Shown here one piece after another: positions 8,080 through 17,438 of a DNA stretch of 62,059 bases. The notes beneath the pieces were generated by a model, which had not been told where the DNA came from, made no database searches, and saw nothing but the letters and a program-made list of their open reading frames with translations. The position numbers and the translations under genes are program-made. Every line of letters begins with the position of its first letter. Position 1 is the stretch's first letter. Source of the stretch: Candidatus Falkowbacteria bacterium (GTDB lineage Bacteria; Patescibacteriota; Patescibacteriia; UBA11705); contig DOZJ01000002.1 in the NCBI GenBank assembly GCA_003518055.1, forward strand, positions 378,304 to 440,362. Direction: 5' to 3'.

Positions 8080-8210
8080 CCAAGATTTGTAAAAAAAAAG
8101 ACACCAACTGATATTGGTGCTTATTTTTTTTGCAAATTCACTTATCTCGCTTGCCCGCCGAAGTCTCTTGACCGCCGAAATCTTGATGAAGGCGGTTGAC
8201 GCAGGTGGGC

Positions 8211-10088
8211 TTATCTTGCTTTCTCGCTTGAAACTATTTGAGGCAAAAACACTCGACTCGCGTACAGCCTCGTCGCCGTGAGACGATATCCTGAATCCCA
8301 AAATCTGCTATGCCCATCGATTAAGGACGCATGCGGGGTTTTGATTCCTCCTCGCCGCGGATAAAACTTAGCGAAACCTCTGTGCATCAGTCGGTATTGC
8401 ACCGAGTCGCGTTCCAATTCCTCGATATAAATTTTTCGCGCTTTGCGATTATGTAGAATTCTCCCGTTATCGTAGAAATAAGGAACCAGTAACGCATTTC
8501 GCAGTTCGTGGATTGCGGATTCTGTACCCACCCACACTGCGCCAAATAGCACGTGAGTCCAATGACTTTCTCCAAGAAGGGGACTGCTATCATCAAAGTC
8601 GTGAACTCTCAACGCATCATTGTCGTCCTTATCGAGCCAGAACATGACCACTTCATTTATGATTTTATTCTGAGCAAAATAGGTGTTCAGCAGTTCCTTG
8701 ATTGTTTCTTTATACCTAACATCAGTGTTTTGCCTGACGAAAATCGCCGCATCGCAGTCAGATGTTTTGTCTCCATAACCCTTGAGACGAGAGCCATAAA
8801 TCAAGAATACCGGGTAGATATAGGATGAAAGTTCAGCATCTGTCTCGATAATAACTTTAATAATCTTCCTGATTTCTGCGATTTCCGGTTGTAGAAAGCG
8901 TAGGTTCGCTGAGAATGGCCCTGATAAAGCCGGCACGGTTAATCCAAGCAATTCGAGGCTTGTATCTGTGACAATCTTCAAACTATGAAGTCGAAAGAAG
9001 GCCTTTGTTAAAGCATCACGGACTGCTGAGAATTCACATTTCCACAGTGCGAGCAGTTGCTCTTTATAGTTCGTATAAAGACTGGTCGCTCTGATTAAAT
9101 CCGTTTCAGCCGAAGCTTCAACCGCTTTTCGTACACCGTCAATGAACGCCAACTGGCATTCTACTTTTGTTCCGAGATCTGCAAACAATACAGCTTCATC
9201 GAGATCGAGAGTCCCGCTAAGAATCGCATTCTTGATTCCATTTCCGGTCTTTTCAATCGCCTGACGCTTGCGATCCTTGATGAGCCACGCGATCCGCTTT
9301 TCGAGGATATCGCCGAAATCATCACGCTCAATGGCGAAAAACTGCTCAGCTAATCTTTCTTGAATAATTTTTACGGATACAGGTGGTGCTTCTTCGTCAG
9401 ATGGTTCCAAAATCACATCATGCGATTTAATGAATCCCATGTCAGCCAAGACCGGCAAAGTCTCTTCAATGCTCTTCCTTAATGTTTCTTCCTCGCATTG
9501 TTCCAGCAGGTGAAAAACCGCACCAACCGTTAAAAAACCTTTTTCCACCAATTTCGGAATCAGATGCGCGGCCTTGACTACTCGCGGCAAATCATTGACA
9601 CGCTTTTCCACATCCATGACATCGCCGTCAACAAAGTTGGCGCGGACGTCAAGCATTGAAAGCAAATTATTCCAGGTGGTCATATAGGCAATCCGGAAAC
9701 GCGTGATTTCCAAGCGCAATTTCTCTTCCGCTGATTTCCAGTTAACATCAGGCAGAAACTCAAACGGCAGATACAGAATAATTCGCTGATAATCAGTTGA
9801 ATCTTCGAGTAAATCACTCAAAGAAGCGTACATCTCCGCGACCGTTATTTCATCGAGAAAGCCATCGTGAACAGCTTGTTCGAGTTCAATGCCAGGTTTT
9901 GGCAGCCGTGAAATAACCGCATCCAGCCGTTCATTCAGTTTTCTTCGCCAGACTAGCTCAGTCTGAAATTCGCGGTTGCTCGCTATATTATCCGGCCACA
10001 ATTTTTTGGCTAATTCCGGCCTTGAAAACAGCTCAACCACGGGCGGTACGATTATAATATCTCCGGTAGTATCTCCCATGTATTTCAT
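8211..10088 (-). CDS. Large protein with C-terminal Pol-beta-superfamily nucleotidyltransferase motif (625 aa)
   Basis: ORF track (to 10118). I start at MKYMGD (10088), preceded by AAGGAG. YGSRLKGYGDKTSDCDAAIFV fits G-S-x3-G-x5-S-D-x-D. The long helical N-terminal region is unassigned. Confidence 0.6.
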   Translation of the reverse strand: MKYMGDTTGDIIIVPPVVELFSRPELAKKLWPDNIASNREFQTELVWRRKLNERLDAVISRLPKPGIELEQAVHDGFLDEITVAEMYASLSDLLEDSTDYQRIILYLPFEFLPDVNWKSAEEKLRLEITRFRIAYMTTWNNLLSMLDVRANFVDGDVMDVEKRVNDLPRVVKAAHLIPKLVEKGFLTVGAVFHLLEQCEEETLRKSIEETLPVLADMGFIKSHDVILEPSDEEAPPVSVKIIQERLAEQFFAIERDDFGDILEKRIAWLIKDRKRQAIEKTGNGIKNAILSGTLDLDEAVLFADLGTKVECQLAFIDGVRKAVEASAETDLIRATSLYTNYKEQLLALWKCEFSAVRDALTKAFFRLHSLKIVTDTSLELLGLTVPALSGPFSANLRFLQPEIAEIRKIIKVIIETDAELSSYIYPVFLIYGSRLKGYGDKTSDCDAAIFVRQNTDVRYKETIKELLNTYFAQNKIINEVVMFWLDKDDNDALRVHDFDDSSPLLGESHWTHVLFGAVWVGTESAIHELRNALLVPYFYDNGRILHNRKARKIYIEELERDSVQYRLMHRGFAKFYPRRGGIKTPHASLIDGHSRFWDSGYRLTATRLYASRVFLPQIVSSEKAR

Positions 10089-10350
10089 TGATATCTCCTT
10101 TGACTGTTTTGACTCCATTTTGCTAATTTTAGTCCTCCAAGTTGGCCTGGAATCTTATAACATTTTTTACTTTTTGTCAAGTTTTGCTTATCGTTCCTCA
10201 GGAGCGGTTGCAACTATAAATAATTATAACAAAAAGAATTGTTGCTCAAATCAAAACAATCGAAAAACATTGATTGTTATTTTTAAGTCGAGTTTAACTG
10301 AAATCGGGTTCAGTTCCAAAAACGACAATTATTTGTTATTATTAACTTAT

Positions 10351-11760
10351 ATGAACACCAACGCGAAAAGTAAAACCAAAGACTTTCCCAAACCGGAAAA
10401 GTTTAGACGATTAATCGGTCCCAGTTTTATTATTTTAGCTCTTGGACTCGGCTCAGGCGAGGTGATCTTATGGCCGTATTTGGCTTCAAACTATGGACTT
10501 GGTTTGGTTTGGGGGGCGGTTTTGGGGATCACGTTTCAATTTTTTATCAATACTGAAATTGAACGATACGCCTTGGTCAAGGGCGAAAGCGTTTTTGTCG
10601 GGATTAATAAATTTTGGCGGGGAGCAGCCTATTGGTTTATTTTCTCCACGTTTATTGGCTTTGGTTTACCTGGTATTATTGCCGCCTCCGCCAAAGTAGC
10701 TTCCGCATTATTTGGCTGGGAAGAACATCGTTGGCTGGCTGTGTTATTTTTAGTGTTGATTGGGGTGATTCTATCAGCCGGTAAAACTGTATATGGTTTG
10801 ATGGAAAAATTAACCAAAACCATTATTCTAATCGGAGTTCCTTTTATCTTTGGTTTGGCAGTCTATTTAAGTTCATCCTCTGATTGGTCTGCTTTGGCCA
10901 ACGGCTTTGTCGGTCGCGGCGAGGGCTTTTGGTTTATCGCCCCCGGGATGGCTCTCGCCACTTTTCTGGCGGCGTTTGCATATTCCGGCGCGGGAGGCAA
11001 TCTCAACCTGACTCAGTCGATTTATATCCGGGAAAAAGGTTATGGTATGGGGAAGTATGCCCAAAAAATCGCCGGTCTTTTTACGCAAAAAGAAAAACAC
11101 CAAAAAATTAAATTAGCGGGATATGATTTTGAGCATGATGAAAAAAATATTACGAATTGCTTGACGTGGTGGCGTCAGATTAATCTCGAACATTTGATAG
11201 TTTTCTGGTTTGTCGGGCTGGTGTCGATTGTAATGTTGATGCTTTTGGCCTTTGTTACCACCAATGGGCTAAGCGGCACTGAACAGGGTATAAGTTTTAT
11301 TCTTTTTGAGGCCTCGGTGATTGGTCAATCTGCCATGCCGGCAATGGGAATCGCGTTCTTAATCGTTGTTGTGATCATGTTGTTTCAAACCCAGCTGGGT
11401 GTGATGGATTCAACTTCGAGAATCATGGCGGAGAATTACGCGATAAAGATTTTAGCGAAAAGTAACAATCAAACAATTAATCTGGCCAAAATATATTATG
11501 TCTTTTTATGGCTTCAAATATCATTTGGTATAATCTTGTTTTTATTCAATGTCTCTGAGCCAAAAACATTGTTAGTGCTTGGCGCCGTGATAAATGCTTT
11601 TGCCATGTTGGTTCATGTGCCTTTGGTTGCTTGGCTTAATCACAAATATCTCCCCCGGTTCTGTCGACCGGGGAACGCGCGAAAAATCGTTATGGGTTTA
11701 ATATCGTTGTTTTTATTGTGTTTTTTTATTTTTATAATGATTAATCAATTTTTTGAATAA
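10351..11760 (+). CDS. Polytopic membrane transporter, Nramp/APC-fold-like (469 aa)
   Basis: ORF track frame 9976..11760, starting at MNTNAKSK (10351). GPSFIILALGLGSGEVILWPY resembles Nramp TM1. About 11-12 TM helices. Family assignment is tentative. Confidence 0.55.
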   Translation: MNTNAKSKTKDFPKPEKFRRLIGPSFIILALGLGSGEVILWPYLASNYGLGLVWGAVLGITFQFFINTEIERYALVKGESVFVGINKFWRGAAYWFIFSTFIGFGLPGIIAASAKVASALFGWEEHRWLAVLFLVLIGVILSAGKTVYGLMEKLTKTIILIGVPFIFGLAVYLSSSSDWSALANGFVGRGEGFWFIAPGMALATFLAAFAYSGAGGNLNLTQSIYIREKGYGMGKYAQKIAGLFTQKEKHQKIKLAGYDFEHDEKNITNCLTWWRQINLEHLIVFWFVGLVSIVMLMLLAFVTTNGLSGTEQGISFILFEASVIGQSAMPAMGIAFLIVVVIMLFQTQLGVMDSTSRIMAENYAIKILAKSNNQTINLAKIYYVFLWLQISFGIILFLFNVSEPKTLLVLGAVINAFAMLVHVPLVAWLNHKYLPRFCRPGNARKIVMGLISLFLLCFFIFIMINQFFE

Positions 11761-11834
11761 CAAAAAACCAAGCATTGCTTGGCGTACTGAACTAAAACAT
11801 AGGATTGATTTAAATGATCCTTCGGAATTGGATC

Positions 11835-11999
11835 TCATGGGTCTTCATTATTACGCTCACGTTTGTTGTCATCATGTTCAATCATGAGCACGAAGGCCAT
11901 CAAAACAACAATCCCGAGAACAACCAACATTATATATGGAGCCACATAGGCTAAGGCGGCAATGATTAGAATCAAGACAAGTATTGCCACTGCGATCAT
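11835..11999 (-). CDS. Small membrane protein (54 aa)
   Basis: ORF track 11835..12092. The internal ATG at 11999 is preceded by AAGGAGG. Two TM helices. Confidence 0.45.
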   Translation of the reverse strand: MIAVAILVLILIIAALAYVAPYIMLVVLGIVVLMAFVLMIEHDDNKRERNNEDP

Positions 12000-12149
12000 C
12001 CCTACCTCCTTTGTTTGTGGCGAAGGCAGCTTGGGAGTCAGCTCATATAAATCCATCATCACGATAGCATTATTGAATAAAAATGTAAACACTTGCGTAA
12101 TTTTTAAAAATAGGGTATAATCAACTTCTTATTATTCTAATCAAAAATT

Positions 12150-12701
12150 ATGAGTAGTTTCAAGCGTGATAGTCGCCCTAGTCGTGACGGACGTCAAGGC
12201 GGACGAAGTTTTGGCGGCGACCGTGACCGCGGATTTGGCCGCAAGCCTTTTGGCGATTCACAGGGTGCCAGACATCAGGCGACCTGCAGTGAATGTGGTC
12301 AAACATGCGATTTGCCATTCATCCCGACCGGTGACCGTCCAGTGTATTGTTCTGATTGTTTTGCCCAGCAAAAAGCGTCAAATCCTAGCCGATATGAGCG
12401 CGACAGCCGTCCTCGGCCTGATTTCAATGATCGCCCTCGGTTTGAACGCCGTGATAACCGTGATAACGGTGGCCAAAGGTCTTCAGGTTCATCCAATAAT
12501 AATGAATTAAAAACGCAATTGGAGCAGCTGAACAATAAACTTGATCGAGTTTTAAATGCTTTACTTGACGGAAAAGAGAAAAAAAATTCAGTTGAGCCAA
12601 AAGAGACTAAAATTGATGCTGAACCCAAGAAAAAAGCTGAAGCTAAGGCCAAAAAAACCGTAGCCAAAAAACCGGCAGTTAAAAAGAAAAAAACCAAGTA
12701 A
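12150..12701 (+). CDS. CxxC-x17-CxxC domain protein with R/G-rich N-terminus and K-rich C-terminus (183 aa)
   Basis: CSEC, exactly 17 residues, then CSDC. This architecture is typical of a family common in CPR genomes. Confidence 0.7.
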   Translation: MSSFKRDSRPSRDGRQGGRSFGGDRDRGFGRKPFGDSQGARHQATCSECGQTCDLPFIPTGDRPVYCSDCFAQQKASNPSRYERDSRPRPDFNDRPRFERRDNRDNGGQRSSGSSNNNELKTQLEQLNNKLDRVLNALLDGKEKKNSVEPKETKIDAEPKKKAEAKAKKTVAKKPAVKKKKTK

Positions 12702-12808
12702 TTATCCTTCACGAATAAACCAAAATAATAAAATCCTTCACCTCACGAAGGGTTTTATTTTTACGCTAGATAGATATTTGTAAATTTAGGCTAAAATTGG
12801 ACAAACCG

Positions 12809-12837
12809 TTGACGTTTATTGGTAAATATGATATAAT
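12809..12837 (+). promoter_or_regulatory. Near-consensus sigma70 promoter driving the G+C-rich Cys-rich gene
   Basis: TTGACG (12809-12814), 17-nt spacer, TATAAT (12832-12837). Confidence 0.6.
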
Positions 12838-12896
12838 GTCCTTTATACGTTCTTTCTACAACACCCGTAGTAACGTCACCCGGGAAAGGGGACAAC

Positions 12897-14318
12897 ATGC
12901 GCAAGGTTCTCGCAAGCCTGTTCTTCTCGCTCATGGTGGTCGCCATCATGGGCAACCGTTCGTGCGTGCCGGTCGAGCCGGAGGAGCCGGCCTGCCTGGA
13001 CGACGGCTTCGTCTGCACCGCCGACAGCGAGTGCTGCGGCGGTCTGTGCTGGAATAACCCCGGCGATCCGTTCGCGATCTACGGCGAGTGCCGGAGCACG
13101 AATGACGGCTGGTGCAACACGGACGCAGACTGCCCCGACGGCCAGTTCTGTACGGGGGAGGGTTACTGTCTGGGGGACTTCGGTCCGTGCCAGGTCGAAG
13201 GCCTTGAGGCCTGCGTGCCGGGTGAAAACAAGCATTTCGATTCCTGTGTGGCCGCGCGCAGCGGTGAGCTCCGGCTCGTCCGTAGCCATTGCGGCCGCGA
13301 GAACACTTGTGTGTTCACATCGCAGTCCACTGTCGCTTGTGAGCCGGTTTCGGATCTCGAGGGAGTTCCTTGCGCCGATGACGCGGACTGTGCAGGATCG
13401 CTCTTCTGTGACCACGGTGTGTGCAGTATGCCCTGCACCAATGAGTATGACTGTCAGGAAGGGCAGCTCTGCTACTCATGGACCAACACCTGCCAGTGGC
13501 CGAACAGCGGCGAGTTCTGCAACGTGTCCTCGGATTGTCCGAACTATAGCGGCGACTCCAACCAGTGGCCCCACGGCGGGCAGATCTGCTATCAGGGCCA
13601 TTGCGACTACTACATCTTCGGTCCGTGCGAGGTTGAGAGCCAGATGCTCTGCGCGCCCGAGGACGGTCCGGCCGAATTCTACCGCTGTGTGGTCGAAGAC
13701 GGCACGGAGGTCCTTCACTGGATCCGCGGCACCTGCGGTGCGGCTTATGAGTGCGTCAAGAACTCGGACGGCAACGGACAGTGCATTGCGCCGCAGCCGG
13801 CAGAAAGCTCGGTCCAAGTGTCTCGGCTCATGAGCCAGTCTCAGCTCTACTACGGTGAGAACCAGATGTTCGTCTTCCGTCTTATGATCGTGGCGCTGGA
13901 CGGCTTCGTCGGCGAACACGGAGTGTTGAATGAGCTTTCGTTCAGCATTCAGATGTCGGAGAGGGATTATAGCCGAATTCATTACTGCAAGGTGGTGGAG
14001 TACCAAACCGGCTATATGCTCGACTACAGCGACAACCTCGAGCTGCGGACCTCCGAGACTGGTAGTCAGTACGCTTTGGTCAACTTTCACTTCGAGGGTG
14101 ATGTCCTGCTGCCAGTCGGCGCGTATACTAATCTGGAGCTGAGGTGCTTTGTCGCTTCCGGCGGAGCTCCATACGAGGCCATCCAGACAGGTTTCATCGG
14201 CAGGCTCGGCACATCCCCGGCAGACGCCATCGTGGTCTATGGGGTCGAGAGCGGGGAGCGCCTTTCGGTGTCCCCAACATATTCGGAGGATACCTTGGTA
14301 TCGATCCTGACTCGCTAA
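12897..14318 (+). CDS. Secreted cysteine-rich repeat protein, very G+C-rich (473 aa)
   Basis: ORF track. N-terminal signal-like segment MRKVLASLFFSLMVVAIMG. Repeated modules such as CTADSECCGGLC, CNTDADCPDGQFC, CADDADCAGSLFC, CTNEYDCQEGQLC and CNVSSDCPNY. Alternative-frame and antisense ORFs are judged shadows. Confidence 0.7.
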   Translation: MRKVLASLFFSLMVVAIMGNRSCVPVEPEEPACLDDGFVCTADSECCGGLCWNNPGDPFAIYGECRSTNDGWCNTDADCPDGQFCTGEGYCLGDFGPCQVEGLEACVPGENKHFDSCVAARSGELRLVRSHCGRENTCVFTSQSTVACEPVSDLEGVPCADDADCAGSLFCDHGVCSMPCTNEYDCQEGQLCYSWTNTCQWPNSGEFCNVSSDCPNYSGDSNQWPHGGQICYQGHCDYYIFGPCEVESQMLCAPEDGPAEFYRCVVEDGTEVLHWIRGTCGAAYECVKNSDGNGQCIAPQPAESSVQVSRLMSQSQLYYGENQMFVFRLMIVALDGFVGEHGVLNELSFSIQMSERDYSRIHYCKVVEYQTGYMLDYSDNLELRTSETGSQYALVNFHFEGDVLLPVGAYTNLELRCFVASGGAPYEAIQTGFIGRLGTSPADAIVVYGVESGERLSVSPTYSEDTLVSILTR

Positions 14319-14479
14319 TTTTATATCGATCTGCTTCATCACTGTTATCGCTCTGTGCCATCGCCAAACACGCGGTGGCCTTTTTTTATTCAAAGATAAC
14401 AGTAACCTTGATACGGCTATCTTTCGTAAAATATTTTTCATTCCACTCCAAAGTTTACTTATTCCATAGACATGGTTTA

Positions 14480-15097
14480 ATGAATGAAAGATATATCTCA
14501 AACAAACGTATTACTTATAATATGGTCAATGTTTCAGACTGCGAACAACGGTCAGACCAAGAATTAAAAACCCTAATTTTACAGGATTCGGCTTTTTTAT
14601 TGTGCCTAGTTGATCGCTATGAAGCCAAATTGACTCGATATATCAGGCGGTTATCAAATTTTAGTCAGGAAGACATAGAAGATATCCTGCAGGAGGTTTT
14701 CTTGACGGTCTACCAAAACATCAATGATTATGATGACCGGCTGAAATTTTCTTCATGGATTTATCGGATTACCCATAATAAAGTCATTGATTTTTTTCGT
14801 AAGCACAAGAAAAGACTTATCCCGATTGATGATTTTGACGACTCGCTATTATCGAAATTAGCTGTCGATCCCGATTATGGCCATAAAATTGATTTGGAGC
14901 TGGACCGCGTTAAATTAAACATGGCTATAAAACAACTCGATCTCAAATACCGAGAGGTTATCGCCTTATATTATTTTGAGTCAAAATCATACGATGAAAT
15001 TTCCGATATCTTGAAAAAACCAGCCGGTACGGTTGCGACTTTATTGAATCGAGCCAAGAAAAAAATATTTGAATATTATAAACAATATGACCATTAA
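14480..15097 (+). CDS. ECF-type sigma-70 family RNA polymerase sigma factor
   Basis: ORF track frame 14144..15097. The plausible start is 14480 (MNERY) or 14522 (MVNVSD). Region 2 (DIEDILQEVFLTVYQNINDY...FSSWIYRITHNKVIDFFRK) and region 4 (YREVIALYYFESKSYDEISDILKKPAGTVATLLNRAKKK) are recognisable. Confidence 0.75.
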   Translation: MNERYISNKRITYNMVNVSDCEQRSDQELKTLILQDSAFLLCLVDRYEAKLTRYIRRLSNFSQEDIEDILQEVFLTVYQNINDYDDRLKFSSWIYRITHNKVIDFFRKHKKRLIPIDDFDDSLLSKLAVDPDYGHKIDLELDRVKLNMAIKQLDLKYREVIALYYFESKSYDEISDILKKPAGTVATLLNRAKKKIFEYYKQYDH

Positions 15098-15806
15098 AGA
15101 TACAATCATCAATAAATTACACCAATCTGAGGTTGAGCCGCGAACCAAATGGTATTTTGCCGCCAAGAACATTGTTTTTTGGGTTTTATTTGTATTCTCG
15201 GTTTTGATCGGCGGTATGGCGATGTCCATTGTTTTCCATTTGAGTTTAATGAATCCGGTTCATGAATTGTCGGATGTGTCTTGGTGGCATCGTCTCATTA
15301 TGTTCGTTCCGGTTTTCTGGCTTGGGCTGTTGTCCGTGTTTGTCATCTCCGCCTTTTTTAACGTCACTCATACCAAAATCGGTTATAAATATAATCATTA
15401 TTTGATCGTCGTCATCAGTATTTTAGCCAGTTTTGTCCTCGGTTTTGTTTTTATGCTTGGAGGGATAAATAAAATCATCGAGCAAAAAACTTTTGATCAC
15501 GTGCCGGGTTATAGACAACTTCAGGTTCAACAATATCATGGGTGGATGAATCCCGAAGCTGGCCGGCTTATTGGCGTGGTTGAAACCCGGAGCGGTGAAG
15601 TTATTGAACTGAGAGCCGTAGACCGGTCACTTTGGAGTGTCGGTGGTGATCCGGCCGTGGTGGCAATTATTCAACCGGGAATGAGACTAAAAATTTTCGG
15701 CCGCATGTCGGGCGACCACATGTTTGATGCTCAGATAATCTCCCCATGGTTCGGCGGGCGCATGCTTGATGAAAGAAAATCTCCGCTGCCGCGTATTACC
15801 AAATGA
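15087..15806 (+). CDS. Membrane protein, possible anti-sigma factor (239 aa)
   Basis: ORF track 15069..15806. The ATG at 15087 overlaps the sigma stop by 11 nt. Several TM helices. The function is inferred from position only. Confidence 0.5.
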   Translation: MTIKDTIINKLHQSEVEPRTKWYFAAKNIVFWVLFVFSVLIGGMAMSIVFHLSLMNPVHELSDVSWWHRLIMFVPVFWLGLLSVFVISAFFNVTHTKIGYKYNHYLIVVISILASFVLGFVFMLGGINKIIEQKTFDHVPGYRQLQVQQYHGWMNPEAGRLIGVVETRSGEVIELRAVDRSLWSVGGDPAVVAIIQPGMRLKIFGRMSGDHMFDAQIISPWFGGRMLDERKSPLPRITK

Positions 15807-15845
15807 TAACGCCGGCCAGCGTCATTTAATAAATAAGAATAATCT

Positions 15846-16487
15846 ATGGACAAAAATAATATGACAGAAAGAGTGGGGTCAAAATATTATCTTGCGATCG
15901 CTCTCTGCGGCTTGATTATTACCACCTTTACCGTCTCGGCGGTAGTTAGCGCTGATGAAGGCGAATCAAAAGAGTTTGCACCAAAAGCCCACATGGAGAA
16001 TCGTGGCGCAATGGATCAAGCGCTGGAATCCGGAGATTATGAAACATGGAAAGAGTTTGGTGGTAACGGTCGAATAGCTGATATTATCACTGCGGACAAC
16101 TTTGACCGTTTTGTCGAGGCGCATCGATTGGCCAAGTCAGGGGACATGGATGGGGCCAAAACAATATTTGATGAATTGGGTATCTCTACACCCGAAGGTA
16201 AAGGTTTTGGACATTTTAACGGTCCGAAGGGCATACCCGGCAACGAAGATATAAGAGCGGCAATTGAAGCCAACGACTATGAAGCTTTTGTGACTGCGGC
16301 CGGTGATTTGCCAATGTTTAAAACAATCACCGCCGACAACTTTGATCGCTTTGTCGAGGCCCATAACTTAAGACAGGCAGGCGATTTTGAAGGCGCGCGC
16401 GATATTATGGATGAACTTGGAATCAAGGGACCTAGCATGGGTGTGGGGCGTGGTTTTGGCGATTGTCATCAAAAGTTAAATGATTAA
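15846..16487 (+). CDS. Secreted protein with internally duplicated domain (213 aa)
   Basis: Signal/TM segment. ITADNFDRFVEAHRLAKSGDMDGAKTIFDELGI and ITADNFDRFVEAHNLRQAGDFEGARDIMDELGI form a tandem duplication. Confidence 0.6.
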   Translation: MDKNNMTERVGSKYYLAIALCGLIITTFTVSAVVSADEGESKEFAPKAHMENRGAMDQALESGDYETWKEFGGNGRIADIITADNFDRFVEAHRLAKSGDMDGAKTIFDELGISTPEGKGFGHFNGPKGIPGNEDIRAAIEANDYEAFVTAAGDLPMFKTITADNFDRFVEAHNLRQAGDFEGARDIMDELGIKGPSMGVGRGFGDCHQKLND

Positions 16488-16575
16488 GACCTAATCAAGA
16501 GCAGAAAAGAGGGATATTTCCCTCTTTTTTCTTTGCCAGTATTATGATACACTGGGATAAATAAATCCATCTATC

Positions 16576-17151
16576 ATGAGAAAAATCATTTTTGATATTG
16601 AGACCCAAAACACGTTTGCCGAATTAGCCAAACGAGATGTTCTTGGTTTGAATTTGTCTCTGGTCGGTGTATATGATTCGGCTACTGATTCTTATACGGC
16701 GTATTTGGAATCTGAACTAACCAAGTTGTGGCCGATTTTAGAACACGCGGATGTCTTGATTGGGTTCAATTCCAATTCATTTGATATCCCGATTCTGAAT
16801 AAATATTACCAGGGAGATTTGACCAAGATTCGCAGTTTGGATATTCTCGAGGAAATACACAAGGTTCTTGGCAGACGAACGTCATTGAATTCGTTGGCTG
16901 AGGGCACCTTACAGGCGCAAAAAAGCGGCGATGGTTTGATGGCGGTTGAGTGGTGGAAAAAGGGTGAAATTGAGAAGTTAAAAAAATACTGTCTTGATGA
17001 TGTCCGAGTGACCAAGGATATATATGAGTTTGCTTTGAATCATGGTTATCTTCTATACAAAAAAATGGGTGAGGTCCGAAAGGTCCCTCTAGATACCCGA
17101 TCGTGGGAGGGCGGGGCGAGCCACCGACTGAATCTAACCCTGCCGTTTTAA
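16576..17151 (+). CDS. DEDD-type 3'-5' exonuclease / RNase H-like fold protein (191 aa)
   Basis: FDIET (Exo I), GFNSNSFDIPIL (Exo II), YCLDDV (Exo III). Confidence 0.65.
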   Translation: MRKIIFDIETQNTFAELAKRDVLGLNLSLVGVYDSATDSYTAYLESELTKLWPILEHADVLIGFNSNSFDIPILNKYYQGDLTKIRSLDILEEIHKVLGRRTSLNSLAEGTLQAQKSGDGLMAVEWWKKGEIEKLKKYCLDDVRVTKDIYEFALNHGYLLYKKMGEVRKVPLDTRSWEGGASHRLNLTLPF

Positions 17152-17174
17152 GCGGTTTTTTACTACAAAAAAAT

Positions 17175-17203
17175 TTGACAGTCTAAGCAGCGCGTGCTAA
17201 AAT
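17175..17203 (+). promoter_or_regulatory. Consensus-like sigma70 promoter of a short transcription unit
   Basis: TTGACA (17175-17180), 17-nt spacer, TAAAAT (17198-17203). Confidence 0.6.
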
Positions 17204-17211
17204 AGTCTTGT

Positions 17212-17268
17212 ATGAAATTATATCTCACACAATTTAGCGCAAATAATAATAATGGTCAGCCGCGCTGA
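17212..17268 (+). CDS. Candidate leaderless 18-codon peptide MKLYLTQFSANNNNGQPR (four consecutive AAT Asn codons)
   Basis: The ATG lies about 9 nt after the -10 box. There is no SD. Followed by a terminator at 17295-17322. Could equally be a non-coding sRNA. Confidence 0.25.
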   Translation: MKLYLTQFSANNNNGQPR

Positions 17269-17294
17269 TTTTCTTTTAGTTTCATCTAAAAAGA

Positions 17295-17322
17295 GAGTCA
17301 GCGGCAAAGCTGGCTCTTTTTT
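17295..17322 (+). terminator. Intrinsic terminator
   Basis: GAGTCAGC (17295-17302) pairs with GCTGGCTC (17309-17316, one G-U), followed by six Ts. Confidence 0.65.
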
Positions 17323-17438
17323 ATACATTGCTAATAACAAATATGTTACGAATATACGAATTTATAAATTTGAATAGTTGAGTTTCGGTTATTTGATCTC
17401 GTTTAGAATCTAGTGCTTATGGTTTAGAATTTGATTAT

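Noticed and set aside
9976-10350. N-terminal extensions in the ORF track (9976 for the transporter; likewise 14144 for the sigma factor, 26709 for telA, 30153 for malic enzyme, 33520 for truB, 47058 for GT2)
   Set aside because: The extensions overlap upstream genes or promoters and encode low-complexity sequence. Internal ATGs coincide with SD motifs and with the start of recognisable domains.
10119-10350. Mn2+ (yybP-ykoY-type) riboswitch ahead of the Nramp-like transporter
   Set aside because: Two small hairpins are present, but I could not find the conserved yybP-ykoY core sequences. No call is made.
12876-14501. Track ORFs 12876..13415(-), 13102..13833(+), 13163..13441(-) and 13476..14501(-) overlapping the Cys-rich gene
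   Set aside because: These are alternative-frame or antisense shadows created by high G+C. Only 12897..14318(+) has a promoter, an SD-like GGGGA, a signal peptide and a coherent repeat architecture.
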